From Octopus vulgaris (taxonomy: Eukaryota), in the NCBI GenBank assembly GCA_951406725.2, contig OX597814.1, positions 81,220,001 through 81,284,000 on the forward strand: 64,000 nt of DNA, read 5' to 3'. Positions 52,281 to 63,660 of the stretch are shown here, piece by piece. The first letter of the stretch is position 1. The number at the start of each line of letters is the position of its first letter. The notes below the pieces were generated by a model. The model ran no database searches. It saw only the letters and a program-made list of their open reading frames with translations, and was not told the origin of the DNA. The position numbers and the translations under genes were made by a program.

Positions 52281-52544
52281 ACATATATCTACATGTACAG
52301 ACAACTAAAAATTCTCATGTGTATACGCAAGGTACAAAAAAGGCAATAAACAAAACAGAAATGGTTCTCCATCTGTTTCAATGATGAGCATTCAGTTGTT
52401 TGCTCAACAGTTTTGTCTGTTCATAGAATTACACTGTGCAACATGATTTTTGTCCTTGGGTAGCAATTGTCATTTCCTATTTGCTAACCTCAAGAGAGTA
52501 TGAAAAATTACTAATATTTCCTTCAAACTTTTGTTTCATTTATT

Positions 52545-52710
52545 TGAAACCCAAAGAACCCTTCTCAACACATGGTTATGATGCTCCCCAACTTCTTCTG
52601 CCCATCATCAGAGATGCACATATTGTCAGCCACATATTGCCATGCTCAAGTCATTAAGGTCAAGCAACTGACAAGCAAATCTATAGTACTGAACAGAATA
52701 TTTGCTATAA
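52545..52710 (-). mobile_element. Diverged fragment of the element at 58810-59356
   Basis: aaacccaaagaacccttctcaacacatggttatgatgctccc...caactgacaagcaaatc..gaatatttgct aligns with 59090-59252. Confidence 0.8.
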
Positions 52711-52914
52711 TGGTATTTCTGCTTCAGCAACTCAACACTGAATTTCTATGAAATGTAATGGAAAACAGGTCAGTTTCAAAACATTGGTGTCCAGGTCACA
52801 AAAGCAAAGATTGAAGGGAATAGCATGTATTTCCTTTGATTTATTGAAAGAAGGAAATTGAAAATAACACTTACTAACCAAAGACTGTGTGTGTGTGTGT
52901 GTGTGTGTGTGTGA

Positions 52915-53070
52915 GTGAGGCTTCTTTCAGTTTCTGTCTAGCACATCCACTCACGAAGGCTTTGGCTGGCCCCAAGGCTATAGTAGAAGACACTTGCCCA
53001 GGGAGCCATACTATGGGACTGAACTGGGAACTATGTAGTTGGGAAACAAGCTTCTTACCACACAGCCACA
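52915..53070 (-). mobile_element. SINE family B head
   Basis: ggcttctttcagtttc..ggctatagtagaagacacttgccc..gggactgaac..cttaccacacagccac. Confidence 0.85.
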
Positions 53071-53807
53071 CCTTTACACACTGAGTCCCTTGCACTCCTA
53101 CATAAATATACATTTGCATATGCATATAGTACAGAATATGAGCAGTTTCCCATGCTCACATACACACAAATGTTTGCTTATATATATATATATATATATA
53201 TATTCATTTAGACTAATATCATTAATATTTCATGCATACACATACATACACATACATACATACAAATACAGATTTGCAAATACAGATATCTTCACACATG
53301 CATTCTTACAGGATCTTATATTATTCATATTCACACATACATACAAACACAATAGGTGTATTCATTCAGATGCAATCACACACATTCACACACACATGCA
53401 TATACAGATATGTTATGTGCATGAACATACAAACAGAAACTTCAAATCTTATACACGGAAACAATCATTTGGATACATACACACACGCACATACAGATAT
53501 GAAAAGATTCTCACATGCTGAGAAATTCGCACAAACAAAAGCATAAAAATTCAGACATGCAGAGATGCTTAATAATGCAATTATCGGCAGTTACATGTAG
53601 AAATACATATTGATGAAATATGGAATAAAAATGTTATGTACATATAAAACAATATCAAGAAATAAGACAATAAAAAAGAATTTACAGAATAAAGTGAAAA
53701 TGAAAACTAATCATAAAGGAAAAGGATATAATATGTGTGTACATGTGTGTATGCATTAAAAGACAGACAGGCAGACAGATAGATAGGTTAGATAGATAGA
53801 TAGATAG

Positions 53808-53857
<50 letters not shown>

Positions 53858-55064
53858 AATAAAAGATGTACATTTATACTCTTTTACTTTTATCAGTCAT
53901 TAGACTGTTGCCATGCAGGGGCACCACTTTGCAAAGTCTCAATCATTCAAATTCACCACAGATATTTATTTATTTTCTTTTTAAGCCAGGTACTTATTCC
54001 AGCAATTTACAATTATCACACTGCTGAATTATTGGACATAAATACAGACAACAATGAAAAGCATACAACATAAAAGAAGAAACACACACACACCCAAATG
54101 CACATGCACGCACACACACACACACATACATGTATGTATCATCACTCTTCAATGCCCACATTTCCTTGCTTGCATGTGTCTGAGGAAAATTGTTGTGTGA
54201 GATTTAATACACCTGGATGCTTTTCCTGTAACCAACCTTCACCTGTTTCCATGTAAGTTAATATTTCCCTTTGGCTTGACATTATTCCATGGAAGACTAG
54301 AAACAAATAACACCACTTGTATGACAGTGACACTCACAACTATCATACAATGTAAAAACAAGGATACACAAATACACACATACATATACACATACATTCT
54401 GAGTTTCTTTCAGTTTCAATCTACCAAATCAACTCAAAGCTTTGGTTATAGTACAAGATACTTTCCCAAAGTGCCACACAGTAGGACTGAACCTGAAACC
54501 ATGTGATTGGGAAGCAAATTTTTTAAACTCACAGCCATATCTGCACTTATATATAATTAGGGCTCGCTTGTAATTTTCTATGCACTAATTTCCTTCAAAG
54601 TTAATTGGTCAGCTCAAGGCTATAGTCTGAGACTCTTTCCTAAGGAGTCATGCTGTAGAAATGAACACTAGACCACATGGTTTGGAAGTAAACAACTTAA
54701 CCTCACAGCCATACCTGCATTTCAGCATAATGTAATGAAGTGTTCCTTGCAAAGAACTGTGGTGGATCAGCATCCAATTGCAGCTGGTACATCCACTGCA
54801 GAGAATAAAAATAGCCACTATGACAAAAACATGCATAGGGAATGAATGATATAAACAGCATCTTGTGTTTGTCATACTGTCTCTTATATAAACATTATTA
54901 CGAGTTATAAGAAATAATTCTAGAATGCTCATGACTTCATGTAATTCAGGAAGGCCGTGATGTACTGAATGACACGTGCAAAAGTTCTCAGTGAATATAC
55001 ATGCATACATACCCCTTGTATATATGTGTGTGAACGTGTGTGTCTGTGCATCCATGTGTGTGTC

Positions 55065-55508
55065 ATCATCATCATCATCGTTTGACGTCCACTTTCCATG
55101 CTGGCATGGGTTGGACGGTTTGACTGGAGGCTGGTGAGCCAGATGGCTGCACCAGGCTCCAATCTGATCTGGCAGAGTTTCTACAGCTGGATGCCCTTCC
55201 TAACGCCAACCACTCCAAGAGTGTATGGGTGCTTTTACATGCCACCGGCATGAGAGCCAGTCAGGCTGTTCTGGTGATGGCCATGCTCAAATGGTGCCTT
55301 TTATGTTCCACATGCACAGGAGCCAGTCCAGTGGCACTTGGCAACAACCTTGCTCAAATGTTGTTTTTCACGTGCCAGTAAGGCGATGCTGCTAACGATC
55401 ACACTCAAATAGTGCTTTTTATGTGCCACAGGCACAGGAGCCAGTCAGTGGCCTTGGCAACGATCATGCTCGGATGGTGCTTTTAACATTCCACTGGCAC
55501 GGGTGCCA
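55065..55508 (-). mobile_element. RTE LINE 3' UTR (5'-truncated) with about 5 array units
   Basis: Collinear with 21620-22170; ggtgc(t)tttt-type units from about 55228 to 55505; (GAT)n tail. Confidence 0.85.
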
Positions 55509-55844
55509 TATATATATATATATTTATATATATTTGATAATAATATCAACAAGGATATATACCACTACAGATTTTTCCATTGTAGTCATTAAGTTTCTTG
55601 TGTGTCTGTGCATAATTAGAATGAAGATTTAACAAACAGATATAATATAGAAATATTTTCCTTCAGTGACTTTTTATTCTCAAAACAAGTGTAAATATTT
55701 GAAGGTAATAAATTAATAACTTTAATGTTTTATTTTATTTTTGCTTTGCTATGAGTATTTTGATTTGAAATTATCTATTGAAGCAAATATGGGTGAGTTA
55801 GAGTCTTTACCAGTACATTTATCGTTATTATTATTATTATTAAT

Positions 55845-57800
55845 AGTTTCAAATTTTGGCACAGAGCCAGTGGTTTGTGAGGTGAGGGGGAAGTTTATTA
55901 CATCAGCCACAGTACTTGACTGGTACTTATTTTATCGACCTCAGAATGATGAAAGGCAAAGCCAACCTCAGCAGAATTTGAATACAGAACATAAAAACGG
56001 ATGAAATGCAACTAAGCATTTTGTCTGGCATACTAACAGCTCTACTTGCTCACCATCTTAATAATAATAATAATCCTTTCTACTATAGACACAAGGCTTG
56101 AAATTTTGTAGGGAGAAGACAAGTCAATTCAATCACCCCAAGTGTTTCACTGGTACTTAATTTAGCTACCCCGAAAGGATGAAAAACAAAGACAACCTCA
56201 GCAGAATTTGAACTCAGAACATAAAACAGATGAAATGCAGCAAATCATTTTGTCTGGCATGCTAAAAGTTCTGCTTGCTCACCGCCTTAATAATAATAAT
56301 AATAATATTTTGTAATTGGCAGAATCATTGGAGAATCAGGAAAAAATGCCTTGCAGTATTTATTTCAGATTTTTACATATTGAAAGCCATCAAGGTCAAC
56401 TTTGTCTTTTATCCTATCAATTTTGATAAAGTAGGTGTTAAGTATGAGGGTCAGTGTGATTGACTAACCCCACCTCCCCAAAATTTCAGGCCTTGTACAT
56501 ATAGTACAAGGAAGATTATTATTATTATTGTTGTTGTCATTATTAATATTGTGGTAGATTGGTCGAACTGTTGGAGCAACAGAAAAATACTTTGCCGTAT
56601 TTATTCCAGATCTTTACATTCTCAGTTCAGATCCCATCATGGTCAACTTTGCTTTTACCTCCTTTTAGGGTTAATAAAATAAAGTACCAGTTGAGATCTT
56701 GTGTTAATTTAAGTGACTAACCGTCCACTTCTTAAAATTGTTAAATTCAAACTTAATCAGAAATTATTTAAGATGGCAAGCTTTCAGAATCATAAGAACA
56801 TGAAACAAATGCTTTGCAGTATTTTGTTCTAGTACTCTATATTCTAGGTTCAAATCCTGCCAAGATCAACTTTGCTTTTTATCCCTCTAGGGCTGATTAA
56901 ATAAAAGCACCAGCTACATACTAGAATCAACAATATTGACTAATCCCCTCCCTTTCAAAATTACTGATTTTGTGCTGAAATCAGAAATTAAGGGCAGCAA
57001 GCTGGCAGACTTGTTAGAATGTTAGAAAAATGCTTTGCAATATTATGTTCTGAACTCAAATCACACGAAGTCCATCTTTGCCTTTCATCTTTTCAGGATC
57101 AGTAAAATAAGTACCAGTCAAGTAGTCATGTCAACTAGCCCCTTCTCTCCAAAATTACCAGTCTAATATTATTATTATTTAGGTGGCAAGCTGGCAGAAT
57201 TGTTATCATGCCATGCAAAATGCTTAGCAACATTTTGTCCATTGGAACATTCTAAGTTCAAATTCTGTTGACTCTGACTTTGCCTTTCATCCTTTCAGGG
57301 TTGATACAATCAGTACCAGTTGAGTATTGGGGTTGATGTATTCAACTTGCCCACTCCCCAGATTGCTGGGCTTGACAGAATTGTTAGCATGCTAGCCAAA
57401 ATGCTTAACGGTATTTCGTCTGCCACTACGCTCTGAGTTCAAATTCCACTGAAGTTGACTTTGCCTTTCATCCTTTCAGGGTCAATAAATTAAGTACCAA
57501 TGAAACACTGGGGTCAATGTAATCAACTAGTCCCCTCCCCTGAATTTCAAGCCTTGTGCCTTTAGTAGAAAGGTGAGCTGGCAGAATCATTAGCATGCTG
57601 GGCAAAATGCTTCATGGCATTTCATCTGTCTTTACATTCTGAGTTCAAATACTGCCAAAGACGACTTTGTCTTTCATCCTTTCGGGGTAAATAAAATAAG
57701 TACCAGTTGAGTGCTGGGGTTGATGTAATCGACTATCCCTTTTTGCCAAATTTCAGGGCTTGTACCTATAGTAGAAAGGATTATTATTATTATTATTATT
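55845..57800. mobile_element. Array of about 9 family A-type SINEs with (ATT)n tails (2 minus, then 7 plus head-to-tail)
   Basis: Units of about 200-230 bp: aaggcg..gctggcagaat..ttctgagttcaaat..actttgcctttcatcc..aagtacc..cccct..aaatttcagg..gaaaggattatt. Confidence 0.85.
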
Positions 57801-58790
57801 CTAAGTTTGACTTTTGCTTTATATTTGTACAAGTTGGCTCCAAGTCTCACCCAGAGACCTCAAGAGACAACAGGTTGGAAGTTCACGTTATTGTTATGCC
57901 TAGAGTGCCATATATTTGGATTTTTTTTTTTTTTTAGTTGTACTAGTGAATGTCTAAAAAAAAAAATTTTTTTAAATAAAAATTTTTTAAATGTTTGTTT
58001 TAAACCTTGAGATTGCATAGAAAGTATTTTGCGTAGGATATGAACAGTTCCCATGAGCACTATCTTTTGAATTTCTGCCATTTTGGGGTTTCCTAGTATC
58101 TGAGTTAGGTAGCAATCAGCCCCTTTCGCTATCATTCCCAGGGCACCTATGACAACAGGTATTGTTTTAGTCTTCAGGTTCCACATTTTGCTGATTTCTA
58201 TTTCAAGATCTTTATATTTGCTCAGTTTTTGGTAGGTCTTGACAGATACGTTTATATCGATTGGGACAATCATATCAATGAGGAGGCATGTTCTTTGTCT
58301 GAAGTCTTTCAATATGATGTCTGGCCTATTTGCATTGATCTTTCTGTCAGTTTGAATGGTGAAGTTCCAGAGGAGTGAGATGTGGTCATTTTCAAGCAAT
58401 GGAGGGGGTTTGTGTTCCCACCAGTTTTTTTCATGGGGCAAATCCAGGGTTTTGCAAATTACCCAGTGAATATATTGTGCAGCTCTATCATGCCTGTTGA
58501 GGTAGTCTGTAGGCGCTAGAAGACTGCATTTGGAGACAACATGATCAATGGTTTCATTTTGTTGTTGACATACATGACATGTTGGGCTACTGCCGTTCTT
58601 TACTATGTTGGCCTGGTAGTTTCTTGTTGGTAGGCATTGATCTTGAGCTGCTATGATAAATCCCTCTGTTTCAGATTTTAAGCCAGAGGCCATTAGCCAT
58701 TGATGGGTCAGGGCTCTGTCAACATCTGCATTATTTGCTCTCTTTGGATATTTGCCATAGAGAGGTTTTTCTTGCCATTTATCATTCAGA
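57800..58790 (-). mobile_element. 5'-truncated Dong/R4-like non-LTR retrotransposon (zinc knuckle plus restriction-like endonuclease)
   Basis: Open frame from 58789: LNDKWQEKPLYGKYP..WLMASGLKSETEGFIIAAQDQCLPTRNY..CHVC....ETIDHVVSKC (CCHC) ..RHD..NRPDI..LID..K..KY (PD-(D/E)xK-type RLE) ..IPVVIGALG. Both ends abut (TAA)n. Confidence 0.9.
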
Positions 58791-58809
58791 ACTATTATTA
58801 TTATTATTG

Positions 58810-59356
58810 AGTGAGAGAGCAGTGCATGCCATCAAAGTGACACTGGGGTAAAATATACGAAGCCCAATATACCCATCATGACTACCCGTCTGATAAAGGT
58901 ACACCAGGCACATGCATCACAACCATATGTGCGCGACATGGTGATCTCATAACAGCACATGACCTTGCAGGTGGGGCCCAGTTAGAATTTTCTTCAGGTT
59001 GAGTAGCCCATCCCGCTCAAAAGGTCCCTGAATAAGGGTTGTTTAAGGATGTTGAAAGAACCACCCATGTTTCCAGAGGTGAATTATTCAAACCCCAAAG
59101 AATCCCTCTCAACACATGGCTATGATGCTCCCCCACTACTTCTGCTCGTGATCAGAGATGCACATATCGTCAGCTACTAAGGGACATGCTCAACTTGTTA
59201 TGGTCAAACAACTGACAAGCAAATCTGTGGTATTGAGCAGAATATTTGCTGTAGCCCATCTTTAATACCAAGACAAAACAATGTACATGATAACACTTCC
59301 AATCAGTTAAGATCAGAAGCCATGAGAGCCACTGCCTGGTACTGCATTAGGGCATT
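58810..59356 (-). mobile_element. Unclassified non-coding interspersed element of about 550 bp, inserted in (TAA)n
   Basis: Complex, CpG-retaining sequence bounded by (ATT)n on both sides; second partial copy at 52545. Strand is inferred from the (AAT)n junction at 58810. Confidence 0.6.
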
Positions 59357-59453
59357 TCTGTGGTATTGAGCAGAATATTTGCTGTAGCCCATCTTTAATA
59401 CCAAGACAAAACAATGTACATGTCTGTGGTATTGAGCAGAATATTTGTCTGTG

Positions 59454-59455
<2 letters not shown>

Positions 59456-59524
<69 letters not shown>

Positions 59525-59530
59525 GATTAC

Positions 59531-59576
<46 letters not shown>

Positions 59577-59577
59577 G
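59456..59577. repeat. (ATT)n microsatellite
   Basis: Read directly from the sequence; explains the poly-I/poly-N ORF. Confidence 0.95.
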
Positions 59578-59579
59578 TT

Positions 59580-60197
59580 GAGGTGGCAGCGAACAGGCAC
59601 AATCTTTAGGGTGCTGTTTGAAATGCTTAGTGGTATTTCATCCATTGCTATGTTATGAGTTCAAATTCCACTTTGCCTTTCACCCTTTCGGGTTCAATAT
59701 ATTAAGCACCAATTATGCACTGGAGTCGAAATAATCAGCTAGCCCCCTTCCTCAAAATTTCAGACCTTGTTCCTGTAATAGAAAGGATTATTATATTATC
59801 ATAATTAAGGCAGAAAGCTGGCAGAATTGATTGCATGCTGGACAAAATACTTAGCATCATTTCATGTCTTTATGTTCTGAATTCAAATGCTACTAAGAGT
59901 AACTTTGCCTTTCTCCTTTTCATGATCATTGAAATAAGTATCAACTGAGCACTGGGGTCAATATAATCAACAAACCACTTCCCCAAAATTTTCAGGTTTT
60001 GTGCCTAGCACACTGCACAAAATGCTTAGCAGTATTTCACCCATCACTACATTCTGAGCTAAAATTCCACCAAGGTCAACTATGCCTTTCATCCTTTTGG
60101 GGTTGATAAATTAAGTACCAGTGAAACACTAAGGTTGATGTAATCGACTAGTCCTATTCCCCCAAATTTCAGGCCGTTTGTGCCTAAAGCAAAAGGG

Positions 60198-60232
<35 letters not shown>

Positions 60233-60240
60233 TATTATTA

Positions 60241-60317
<77 letters not shown>

Positions 60318-60490
60318 GATGGCAAGCTGGCAGAATCATCAGAGCATAAGAAATATGCCCTAGGATATTTCTTTGAGACCTTTATATTCTGAATTGAAAT
60401 CCTGCTAGTCAAATACTGGGGTCAATCAATCAAACAGACTAACCCCTTACTCAAAATCCTGAACTTTGTTCCTCTGTTAGAAACAAGTAT
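59580..60490 (+). mobile_element. Continuation of the family A-type SINE array (about 4 copies) with (CAT)n/(ATT)n spacers
   Basis: Same modules as 55845-57800, starting near 59580, 59806, 60008 and 60315. Confidence 0.8.
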
Positions 60491-62013
60491 TATCATTGTT
60501 GCTGTTTTTGTTATAATTATTTTCCTTTTGTTATTTCTTCACAAGAAGTGAGTGGTTGGTTGGTAGAATTGGTAAACTGCAAGATACAAATCCCATAGAG
60601 TAGTGACTTTAATTTTCATCCCTAAAGAGTAGCATGAGATCAATAAAACAAGTACTTGTTAAGAACTTTTCTATATTTCCATTTTACATTTGTCTGTTCT
60701 TAGACAGTTCCAGTAACATATCAGTTTTTCTCTGAGGAGAGATTTCTGACCCCTTGCTGAACTTTTCTTCATCTCTAGAGAAAGAAATGGCTATGAGTTG
60801 TCCCCAGCAAACCTCACAGTGCGGCTAATTCCAAGCAGGACAGAAGAATCAACCTCTGAACTTAACTGTTATTTTATTTATAACCCCAGAAGGATAAAAA
60901 GTAAAATTGATTTCAATGGGATTTGAACTCAGAGCACAGAGATTTAGGCTAAATATTGCAAAACATTCTGCTCAATGCTCTAATGATTCTGTTAATTTGC
61001 TGCCTGGTTAAGTACTGGAGCTGATTTAATTTATTTATTATACTCTGTCACCCTCAAAAAAAGAAAGCAAAGAAAACCTCATTCCTGTGTTAGAAATCAC
61101 TATTTTGTCATGAGTATAAAAATAAAAGTCTTTCTATTAAAGTCATGTAACCTATTCACTGATCTTTGCCCCACAAGAGCAATGAACAGGTCACGTTGTG
61201 TGAGAAAAGACTTTGATACTCATAACCAAATGATGAAAGAATGAAGAAGTAATTAATCATCATGAGAAAAAGAAGTAAAATAAGAAGAATCAATTCATAT
61301 GTTTAATTATTGACAAAAATGGCTCTTCCCAAATACAAGTTTTATGTTTGTTTTAACATAACCTATGTTATTTTGCTTCTGCTAAATTTGTTAGTCTGAT
61401 CTGAAGGAGAAAGACAACATGAACAGCCATTTTTGCTGTCTTTGTAGTACATCTTTGCTTGAGGTTAACAAACTGCTAATGTTCAATTTGAATTGTTGCA
61501 GCTTTGGTGTGGTGATGGTGGTTGGAGAGAGGAGAACATAAAACAGAGAGGTTGCATGTGTATTGTGTGTGTGTATGTTGTGTATGTCTGTATGTGTTGT
61601 GTGTGTACATGTTGTGTGAGAGAGAGAGAGGAACAAGAAGAAAGAGAGACAACCAGACAGAGGTGGGAATTCAATTCTAAGGCAGAAAGATCAATCAAAA
61701 TGTTTAGTGTGAGCTACTTGAGAAAGACACAGTAGATAATAATAATAGATGGAAAGAAAAAAATCATTTTTCAAATATATACCAAAATTAAATATACTTC
61801 TATGCATCTCAAGATGAGACTTTATAACTGTTTCAATTCCCAGTGGAAGCTAGTTAATGGGTTTGAGAAAAAGCTTGAATGTAAAACGTTATATAATCTA
61901 CTTCTTCATTCCTTAAACATTTATTCAAATTATACAGGCCACAAATTATTCAGAACATTTCTATTAGTAAAAAGTTTTTATCATCTGATCAATCATGCTT
62001 GAGTATACTGTGT

Positions 62014-62051
62014 TATGCTGATGAGGTCTAATAGATAGAAATATGTCCATA
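62014..62051 (+). ncRNA. Minimal type I hammerhead-like motif, decayed
   Basis: TATG-CTGATGA-GGTC-taata-GATA-GAAA-TAT-GTC-CATA; stem I is TATG/CATA with a GUC triplet; the first pair of stem II is mismatched. Confidence 0.55.
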
Positions 62052-62577
62052 TTTACCTACTAAAATCAGAATTTCCTTCCCTTAAACATGTAAATTGAAT
62101 CTGAGGGAATAATTTCTAACTTCTTGAAATTATCCCTGCTTCTCTTTAAAAGAGATTAATAATTACCATTAGGCTTTTGTTTGCTTTCTCTAAGAAGAAA
62201 ATTTCAATCAATTAAGGATCAATGCACTATAACTTTAATTATCCATACATTTATAGCTTTGTGCTAATGATGAAAATTAAAATTTGCAGTCTGTTCAATT
62301 CCTCTGTTGGTTATTTTTCAAGGGCTGGTCAAATGAGGAGGGGCAGTAACCATAACTTTACAGGGTATTGTATGTAGACTGGTGAGATTGATATGATGGA
62401 TGCTCAGCTGGAATTTCTGTAAGTCAGTGCCTGTCAAAAACCTAGGGTTTGGTGACTAGAGTTGAGGACTCTCACCCAGGGCATTGTGCTGTGCGACTGA
62501 ACTTGAAACTACGTTTTGGAAGTGAACATCTTAACAGCCATGCAAGCACCTCAGTGGCCATGTGTAAATGTGTTCTT

Positions 62578-62621
<44 letters not shown>

Positions 62622-62639
62622 TGTGTATATACAGTTTTG

Positions 62640-62845
62640 TATTCTTTTACTTGTTTTAGTAGTCATTTGACTGTGTCTATGCTGGGTCACCAACTTGAAG
62701 GATTTTAGTTGAACAAATTAACCCCAAGGCTTTCTTTTAAGCCTGGTACTTATTCTATCAATCTCTTTTGCTGAACCACTAAATTACAGGAATGTAAACA
62801 CACCAACACCATTTCTCAAGCAGTGGTGGGGGACAGACACACACA
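62640..62845 (-). mobile_element. SINE family B tail module
   Basis: cttttacttgtttt..gtcatttgactg..cctggtacttattctatc..gtaaacacaccaacacc. Confidence 0.75.
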
Positions 62846-62944
62846 GATGCATATAAACAGAAAGTCTCTAACTTTTTAAACTTCTTAATAATTCATCTGC
62901 ATCCTTTCAAGAAATATGTTAACCTCTGTTGTATTAGCTCATAA

Positions 62945-63085
62945 AGCCCTGATGAGATTCTGCTCCACATAGTTGGAAATAAGGACCAATTCTTTACATT
63001 TGACCCAAATTTGGGATTTGAGACTACCCAAATGCTTAGAATTATGAATCACCTAGGGGCATGAATCAAAATATATATGTAGGTC
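62945..63085 (+). ncRNA. Decayed hammerhead-like motif with about 110-nt stem II domain
   Basis: GCC-CTGATGA-GATTC-tgctcc...ggggcat-GAATC-AAAA-tatatatg-TA-GGT. The stem II base GATTC/GAATC is perfect; GAAA appears as AAAA, consistent with CpG decay. Confidence 0.5.
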
Positions 63086-63215
63086 ATTGGCATCTGCCAT
63101 TATTTTTATTGAACTTTATAATTTATTTGTATTGATTTTGTAAAAAACTTTCAGTCTCATAATATCATAGAAATAAATTAATTATAGATCCATAATTTTT
63201 CATTTTCTTTCTTTC

Positions 63216-63299
<84 letters not shown>

Positions 63300-63309
63300 A
63301 ACATGTATC

Positions 63310-63403
63310 GATTGAAACAGTTTGATTCGAATCCATTGGTACTCTTGGGTTTCAAGTGCCTTGAAACTCAAGATCACCAAGTTTGAATCAAACTGTTTCG
63401 ATC
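63310..63403. repeat. Long near-perfect inverted repeat (hairpin, 3-nt loop)
   Basis: gattgaaacagtttgattcgaa..ttggtactcttgggtttcaag-tgc-cttgaaactcaagatcaccaa..tttgaatcaaactgtttcgatc. Confidence 0.9.
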
Positions 63404-63496
63404 CCCACCTGTAACTCCCAATAAATTGGTTGAGTGCCCGTCTTTCATTTGTCCACTCACTGGTACGTATGTATGTTTATATACATATATATATAT

Positions 63497-63660
63497 ATGA
63501 TGGGCTTCTATCAGTTTCCATCTACCGAATCTACTCACAAGGCTTCGATTGACCTGAGGCTATAGTAGAAATCACTTGGCCATGGTGTGACACTGTGGGA
63601 CTGAACCCACAACCATGTGGTTGGAAAGCAAGCTTCTTACTACACAGTCATGCCAGCACC
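63497..63660 (-). mobile_element. SINE family B head
   Basis: atgggcttc..cagtttccatctacc..ggctatagtagaa..gtgggactgaaccc..cttcttactacacag. Confidence 0.85.
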
